From NCBI GenBank assembly GCA_964522445.1, contig CAZFUY010000001.1, positions 387-64,386 of the forward strand: 64,000 nucleotides of DNA, given 5' to 3'. Within the stretch, counting starts at the first letter, position 1. Each line of letters starts with the position of its first letter. This document shows positions 59,210-64,000 of this stretch, piece after piece. The position numbers were made by a program, and so were the translations under genes. The notes below the pieces were generated by a model that was given only the letters and a program-made list of their open reading frames with translations, was not told where the DNA came from and ran no database searches. Origin of the DNA: an uncultured Thiotrichaceae bacterium (lineage in GTDB: Bacteria > Pseudomonadota > Gammaproteobacteria > SZUA-229).

Positions 59210-60333
59210 TACACGGCCTCCAGTATAGTGGCGATGCCCTGACCTCCGCCGATGCACTGAGTCGCCAGTGCAAATTGCTTGCCTTCTCGTTTTAACAGAG
59301 AAGCTGCTTTGCCGGTGATGCGAGCGCCGGTAGCGCCCAGTGGGTGACCAAGTGCAATTGCCCCGCCATCAAGATTAATTTTATTCATATCCAGATTCAG
59401 ATCGTGGATGCAGGCAAGAGACTGGGAGGCGAAGGCTTCATTAAGTTCGATAATGTCGATATCAGTGATGCTAAGGCCTGCTCGTTTCAGTGCCTTGTTG
59501 CTGGAGAGGACAGGGCCTATGCCCATAATCTCTGGCGCACAACCTGAAACGGCAATGCTGCGGATTTTAGCCATAATTTCCAGACCATTAGCTTTTGCAT
59601 AGTCTTCACTGCAAACCAGTGTGGCAGATGCGCCATCGGTTAGAGGGGATGATGTACCGGCAGTGACTGAGCCGTTTTCATCAAATGCCAGTCGTAATTC
59701 AGCCAGCCCATCAAGTGTAGTTTCGGGTCGGATGCAGCCATCTTTATCTACATCAGCAACGGCTATTATTTCATCGTTTAATTTGCCTGCTTGTTGAGCA
59801 GCCATGGCGCGTTGATGACTGGATAGCGCAAATTCTTCCTGTTCCTTGCGACTGATATTATATTTTGTTGCCAGATTTTCTGCCGTCTCTCCCATGCCCA
59901 TATAAGCACCGGGTAGCTCTTCTGCAAGTTGTGGGTTTGGCATGGGATTAAAGCCCATCATAGGTACGCGGGTCATGGATTCGACACCGGCACAGATATA
60001 AATATCTCCAGCCCCCATTAAAATTGCACCGGCGGCATTATGAATGCTTTGCATGGATGAGCCGCAAAAACGATTAACGGTTGTTCCTGCAACGGACTGA
60101 GGCAGGCCGGCAAGAAACACAACCAGACGTGCTACATTAAAACCCTGTTCGCCTTCGGGGAACGCACAGCCGAGAATAAGGTCCTCAATATCATCCACAT
60201 TAACACCGCTTTTCTCAACCAGGCCTTTAACTGCCGTAGCTGCAAGGTCATCGGGGCGAACCTTTATCAATGCGCCCTTATTAGAGGGGGTAAAGGGGGT
60301 TCTGGTATAACCAGCAATTACGACATTTTTCAT
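59209..60333 (-). CDS. Acetyl-CoA C-acyltransferase (3-ketoacyl-CoA thiolase)
   Basis: Thiolase N-terminus NVVIAGYTRTPF, active-site Cys region NRFCGSSMQ, C-terminal GGGQGIATILE. Confidence 0.9.
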   Translation of the reverse strand: MKNVVIAGYTRTPFTPSNKGALIKVRPDDLAATAVKGLVEKSGVNVDDIEDLILGCAFPEGEQGFNVARLVVFLAGLPQSVAGTTVNRFCGSSMQSIHNAAGAILMGAGDIYICAGVESMTRVPMMGFNPMPNPQLAEELPGAYMGMGETAENLATKYNISRKEQEEFALSSHQRAMAAQQAGKLNDEIIAVADVDKDGCIRPETTLDGLAELRLAFDENGSVTAGTSSPLTDGASATLVCSEDYAKANGLEIMAKIRSIAVSGCAPEIMGIGPVLSSNKALKRAGLSITDIDIIELNEAFASQSLACIHDLNLDMNKINLDGGAIALGHPLGATGARITGKAASLLKREGKQFALATQCIGGGQGIATILEAV

Positions 60334-60454
60334 TAGCTTCTCCGCTATAAATATTATGAGGTTTTTGCACGATAGAGGCGCGAAAGAAAAAGGCGCTAAA
60401 ATTTTTACTCGTGAATATATTGTGCAATGGTCTCATTATGACTGTATATGCAGG

Positions 60455-60826
60455 TTATTTGCTTAATGCCTGAGTAGCCTGCTTTTTAATATCCCTTAAT
60501 TCTTCCAGTGTAATTATCACGTCTTCCTGCTGCTGTTCTAATTCAGTAATGCGCTCGTTAACTCGAGTAAGCAGAAGTTGCACCTGCTCTTTTTGTGTTG
60601 GGTCTATGATATATAGCTCTAAATACTCGTTTATGTCAGTTAAAGAAAAACCGAGTCGTTTAGCACGTAGAATTAATTTCAAACGCGCGCGGTCTTTATA
60701 TGAATAAGCGCGAGTTGATCCCACGCGTTGAGGTGAAATTAGTCCCCTGGTTTCATAAAATCGTATGGTTCTCGGGGTTATACCAAACTCATTAGCGAGT
60801 TCAGTAATGCTTGATAGCTTGTCCAT
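60455..60826 (-). CDS. MerR-family transcriptional regulator (LiuR-like), first gene of the beta-oxidation operon
   Basis: HTH FGITPRTIRFYETRGLISP typical of MerR. AGGAG RBS before the internal Met. C-terminal coiled coil. The ORF-track start at 60874 is probably a spurious N-extension. Confidence 0.8.
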   Translation of the reverse strand: MDKLSSITELANEFGITPRTIRFYETRGLISPQRVGSTRAYSYKDRARLKLILRAKRLGFSLTDINEYLELYIIDPTQKEQVQLLLTRVNERITELEQQQEDVIITLEELRDIKKQATQALSK

Positions 60827-61166
60827 AACGTCTCCTCTGCTTATAAATATATGCTTGCTTGACGTATAGGTCAACTAAATAACCTTTTTTGTTTTTAGGT
60901 GATAAATATTGTTTATAGGAATTGATTTTTTCTATAAATGTATCTTTTAGAGAGCTGTAAATATATCAGGTTAAAGTACAGGGTTTATCGATATAGTCAC
61001 TTATTGATTGCGGCTTATTTAAATGTGTTCTGGTTAACATATTAAGAACAAGGCGTTAATTTCTATTTATCTTGTGTGCTCTATCACTAAACAGTGATTA
61101 TAAATAACTATAGTTGTTTGAGATTTTAATTTCACAGGTATTGCTGCAATGTTACAAGTTAAGCCA

Positions 61167-62555
61167 ATGTTAAAAGTGTTATTAGCATTAGTCGTATGTA
61201 TGGGTATTATGGGTTGTGGTTCTACAACAAAACCAGAGCCAGGAACAGATACAGGAACAGACACAGGAACAGATACAGGAACAGACACAGGAACAGACAC
61301 GGGAACAGACACAGGAACAGGCGGAGGTTCAGTTAATGCGGATACTCAGCTTGTTCCTAAGACTTTTGATTGTTCTGAAAGTAATATTCTATGTGTAAGT
61401 AAAGTGTCAGGTCAGAACCAGGAATTTACAAGCATACAAACAGCAGTTGATACAGCTATTGCTGGTGAAACAGTTGTCGTTTTTGATGGTAGCTATGCAG
61501 GATTTAGAGTTAGTAATAGTGGAACACAGGGAAGCCCAATAATAATTACGGCAAATGGAAATGATGTGCGAATTACCAGTGATGAGGCGTTAAGTACAGA
61601 TAGAATTCATATTGAGAATTCTAACTTTGTGACTATTGAAGGGTTTACAATAGATAAGCAGGGAGCATCTGGAATGGGAATCACAGCACGGGGTGCTACT
61701 GCAAATTCTCCAATGTATGGAGTAAAGGTTCAGTTTAATACAGTGAGTAATTCAGTATTACCAAATATTTATTTATCACAGGCAGCAGATTCATTAATTT
61801 TGGGAAATATAACCAGTGGCTCTACTTCCAGTCATGGTATTTATTTATCAAATGGAGGTTCTGATAATACAGTTGTTCAGGGTAACCGATGTTTTAATAA
61901 TGCATCAAATGGAATTCATTTTAATGGTGATATTTCTATAGGTGGAGATGGTTTGCACACGGGGCTAACTGTTATAAATAATATTATTTACAATAACACT
62001 GCCAATGGAATTGATGCTGATGGTGTTCATGAGTCTCGATTTGAGAATAATTTAATTTATTCAAATGGAAGGCATGCTATTCGTGTTTTTAAAGAAGATT
62101 CTTCTGCAGGTTCTGGTAATCTTGAATTCATTAATAATACATTAATATCAAATAATGGCTGGGGAATAAAACTTACTGATGATATTGGTGGAAATGTTAT
62201 TTTTAATAATATTATTTTAGGCAACACTGTAGGTTGTTTAGCTGTAGGTCATGTCTCAGCAGTAAGTAATAATAATATTTTTCAAGATGGATGTGCTTAC
62301 TCAAATGATGGTGAGTCGTCAGTTATGGTTCTTTCCACGTGGAAAAATAATTATGATTCAAACTCAATTGAGTCAACAGTAAATACTGTATTAAATAATG
62401 TATCTTCAGATGATTATTCGTTAGCAAGTGGTTCGCCTGGTATTAATTTTGGTGTTTCCAGTTTAAGTGGTGTGCAGATATCTGCGAACGATATTGAGTC
62501 TACAGCAAGGCCACAAACATCATCTGTTGATGTGGGTGCGTATGAATACCCATAG
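61167..62555 (+). CDS. Lipoprotein with an N-terminal (TDTG)n tandem repeat and a right-handed parallel beta-helix (pectate-lyase/NosD-like) body
   Basis: Lipobox IMGCGS. Eight or more TDTG repeats. Repeated beta-helix motifs (NNIIYNNTANGID, NNLIYSNGRHAIRV, NNTLISNNGWGIKL). Confidence 0.6.
   Translation: MLKVLLALVVCMGIMGCGSTTKPEPGTDTGTDTGTDTGTDTGTDTGTDTGTGGGSVNADTQLVPKTFDCSESNILCVSKVSGQNQEFTSIQTAVDTAIAGETVVVFDGSYAGFRVSNSGTQGSPIIITANGNDVRITSDEALSTDRIHIENSNFVTIEGFTIDKQGASGMGITARGATANSPMYGVKVQFNTVSNSVLPNIYLSQAADSLILGNITSGSTSSHGIYLSNGGSDNTVVQGNRCFNNASNGIHFNGDISIGGDGLHTGLTVINNIIYNNTANGIDADGVHESRFENNLIYSNGRHAIRVFKEDSSAGSGNLEFINNTLISNNGWGIKLTDDIGGNVIFNNIILGNTVGCLAVGHVSAVSNNNIFQDGCAYSNDGESSVMVLSTWKNNYDSNSIESTVNTVLNNVSSDDYSLASGSPGINFGVSSLSGVQISANDIESTARPQTSSVDVGAYEYP
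61241..61321 (+). repeat. Tandem 12-bp repeat (acaggaacagaY, about 7 copies) encoding TDTG units
   Basis: Directly visible: ggaacagatacaggaacagacacaggaacagatacagg... Confidence 0.7.
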
Positions 62556-62632
62556 AGATTAGCTGCCCGGCAGTAAATTTTGGGGCAGCAATTATTATTT
62601 AATTATCTATGCAAATAAGTATTACTCATGTT

Positions 62633-64000
62633 TTATATGAGTGCTTTATGTTTAAAGGGTTTAAACAAGGCAATTAGCAACGGCAGCAAAGTCATATTTG
62701 CCAGTAATGCAACCAGCATGGCAAAGCCGGTTAGTAAGCCAAAGTAAATCATCGGCATGAAATTTGATAAAGCCAGTATAGAAAAGCCAAGTGTAATAGT
62801 AATCGTTGTGTAATACATGGCGCGGCCAATGCTGACATGGCTGCGTTTTATTGCTGCCCAGTAGTCATGATCAATTTCATATTCTTCTTCTAGTCGATGC
62901 ACATAATGAATGGTGTCATCAACGGCTATGCCTATACAGATTGCAGCAATGGTTATGGTCATAATATCAAGGGGTATACCTGATAATCCCATCAGGCCTA
63001 AAACCATTGAGGCGGCTAACATATTTGGAATAATGGCGAGTATTGCGACAGATATTGATTTAAATAATACGGCGAACATTGCGAGAATGGCAAGGAATAC
63101 AACGCCAATAGTGAGTATCTGTGATTTAAATAAACTTTGTAACATATTGTTATATAACACTAGCATGCCAGTTAGGTGAACCTGTTTTTTATCCAGTCCA
63201 ATTTTATTAACTAGATGGTCATTAATTTTATTAATTAAATCATTGCGTCGTAAATTTCTGTCAGAGTCATATACGCGAATACTAAAACGAATCTGATTGC
63301 CATCAGCTGTCATATAAGGTGTCATTAACGATGATTTAATTTCATCAGGCACACGCTTATAAATAATAGAAAGAAAAAAATCATCCAGGTCATCATTGTC
63401 ACGAAGTTGTTCGAGCATAGAAACTGTAGTGTAAATTGAAAGTACTTTTCCTGTTTCGGGTAAGCTATCAAGATAGTTATGAATTTCAGCAATCTGTTCC
63501 ATCATATTGTAATTAAACCAGTAGCTGGTTGCTGAAATGCCTGCTTCGGAAGCATCGTCAAGTTCTAGCTCAAGATCCAGATCATCTTCATCGTCACTAA
63601 TAAATTCTTCGGTATCTTTTTCAAAAAAACTGGCGGGTGCATCAATAATAATATCAAGTGGAATAGTGCCACCAAGTTCTTTGTCAATAAGCTGCATGCC
63701 CTGATAAATTTCAGTGTGTTCTTTGTAATAATCTATAAAACGATTCTCAACAGTTATAAGGCTTATTCCTATAAAACTTACAATGGCGAATAAAATGCCT
63801 ATAACAAAAGTAGATATTCTAAATTTATGAATAAAGGCGGCAATATTGCCAGTGATTTTCCCTGTAAAATCAACTAGCACAGGCGCTTTTCCTGCTTTTA
63901 GTAATAATAATGTGGCAGGAAAGAAAGTGAATGTAATAATAAATGCGATGCCAATACCAATAACCATCATCCAGCCAAAATCAATAACAGGGCGTATGCC
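62633..64000 (-). CDS. MMPL/RND-superfamily exporter, C-terminal portion (the N-terminus lies beyond the window end)
   Basis: Second TM bundle of an SSD/MMPL-type transporter with a periplasmic loop. Frame open to the window edge. Confidence 0.5.
   Translation of the reverse strand, partial: GIRPVIDFGWMMVIGIGIAFIITFTFFPATLLLLKAGKAPVLVDFTGKITGNIAAFIHKFRISTFVIGILFAIVSFIGISLITVENRFIDYYKEHTEIYQGMQLIDKELGGTIPLDIIIDAPASFFEKDTEEFISDDEDDLDLELELDDASEAGISATSYWFNYNMMEQIAEIHNYLDSLPETGKVLSIYTTVSMLEQLRDNDDLDDFFLSIIYKRVPDEIKSSLMTPYMTADGNQIRFSIRVYDSDRNLRRNDLINKINDHLVNKIGLDKKQVHLTGMLVLYNNMLQSLFKSQILTIGVVFLAILAMFAVLFKSISVAILAIIPNMLAASMVLGLMGLSGIPLDIMTITIAAICIGIAVDDTIHYVHRLEEEYEIDHDYWAAIKRSHVSIGRAMYYTTITITLGFSILALSNFMPMIYFGLLTGFAMLVALLANMTLLPLLIALFKPFKHKALI

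Noticed and set aside
56870-59257. Longer start (MHRRRSGHRHYTGGRV...) for the FadB-like gene
   Set aside because: It would overlap the thiolase gene by 49 nt. The internal Met at 59209 gives a canonical Rossmann N-terminus and TAATG coupling.
61067-61312. 81-aa antisense ORF with (SVPV)n repeats
   Set aside because: It is the reverse complement of the TDTG tandem repeat in the lipoprotein gene. Repeat-generated open frame.
1-64000. CRISPR arrays, integrases or transposases, phage genes, toxin-antitoxin or restriction-modification genes
   Set aside because: No direct-repeat/spacer arrays and no ORFs with recombinase, transposase, nuclease or methylase motifs were seen. The repeats found are palindromic or coding tandem repeats.

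Overview
This is an AT-rich gammaproteobacterial-type chromosomal segment with about 55 supportable genes. The first 31 kb is housekeeping and envelope/signalling: UvrD translationally coupled (ATGA) to a PAS-GGDEF-EAL protein, two TRAP transporters (one with a TatT-like lipoprotein), an alpha/beta hydrolase and a LOG-family protein, polA, a candidate sRNA, engB, cytochrome c4, dsbA, a coiled-coil GGDEF cyclase, and an MltC-like transglycosylase with two LPP20-like lipoproteins and a Pro-rich transglutaminase-like protein. From 31.5 kb there is a respiratory super-cluster. It starts with a Sec-type (clade II-like) N2O reductase locus nosZ-cytC-cytC4-nosB-nosD-nosG-nosH-nosF-nosL-nosY, followed by a MenA-like prenyltransferase and cytochrome c'. 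Next to it are flavocytochrome c sulfide dehydrogenase fccAB plus a diheme cytochrome, then a DUF302 / octaheme cytochrome c / membrane cytochrome b / TlpA-like redoxin module with an adjacent AraC-type response regulator. The 3' end carries a MerR(LiuR-like)-regulated beta-oxidation operon (thiolase, reversed-order FadB-like, acyl-CoA dehydrogenase, etfBA, ETF-QO), a beta-helix lipoprotein with a TDTG tandem repeat, and a partial MMPL/RND exporter. No CRISPR arrays, rRNA or tRNA genes, integrases or transposases were seen. The most interesting candidate is the uncharacterised DUF302-octaheme-cytb-redoxin module and its coupling to the nos/fcc clusters. Several long compound palindromes (REP/MITE-like) and a candidate sRNA at the Spot 42 syntenic position are also notable. 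All calls rest on reading the ORF translations and motifs by eye; no database search was possible.
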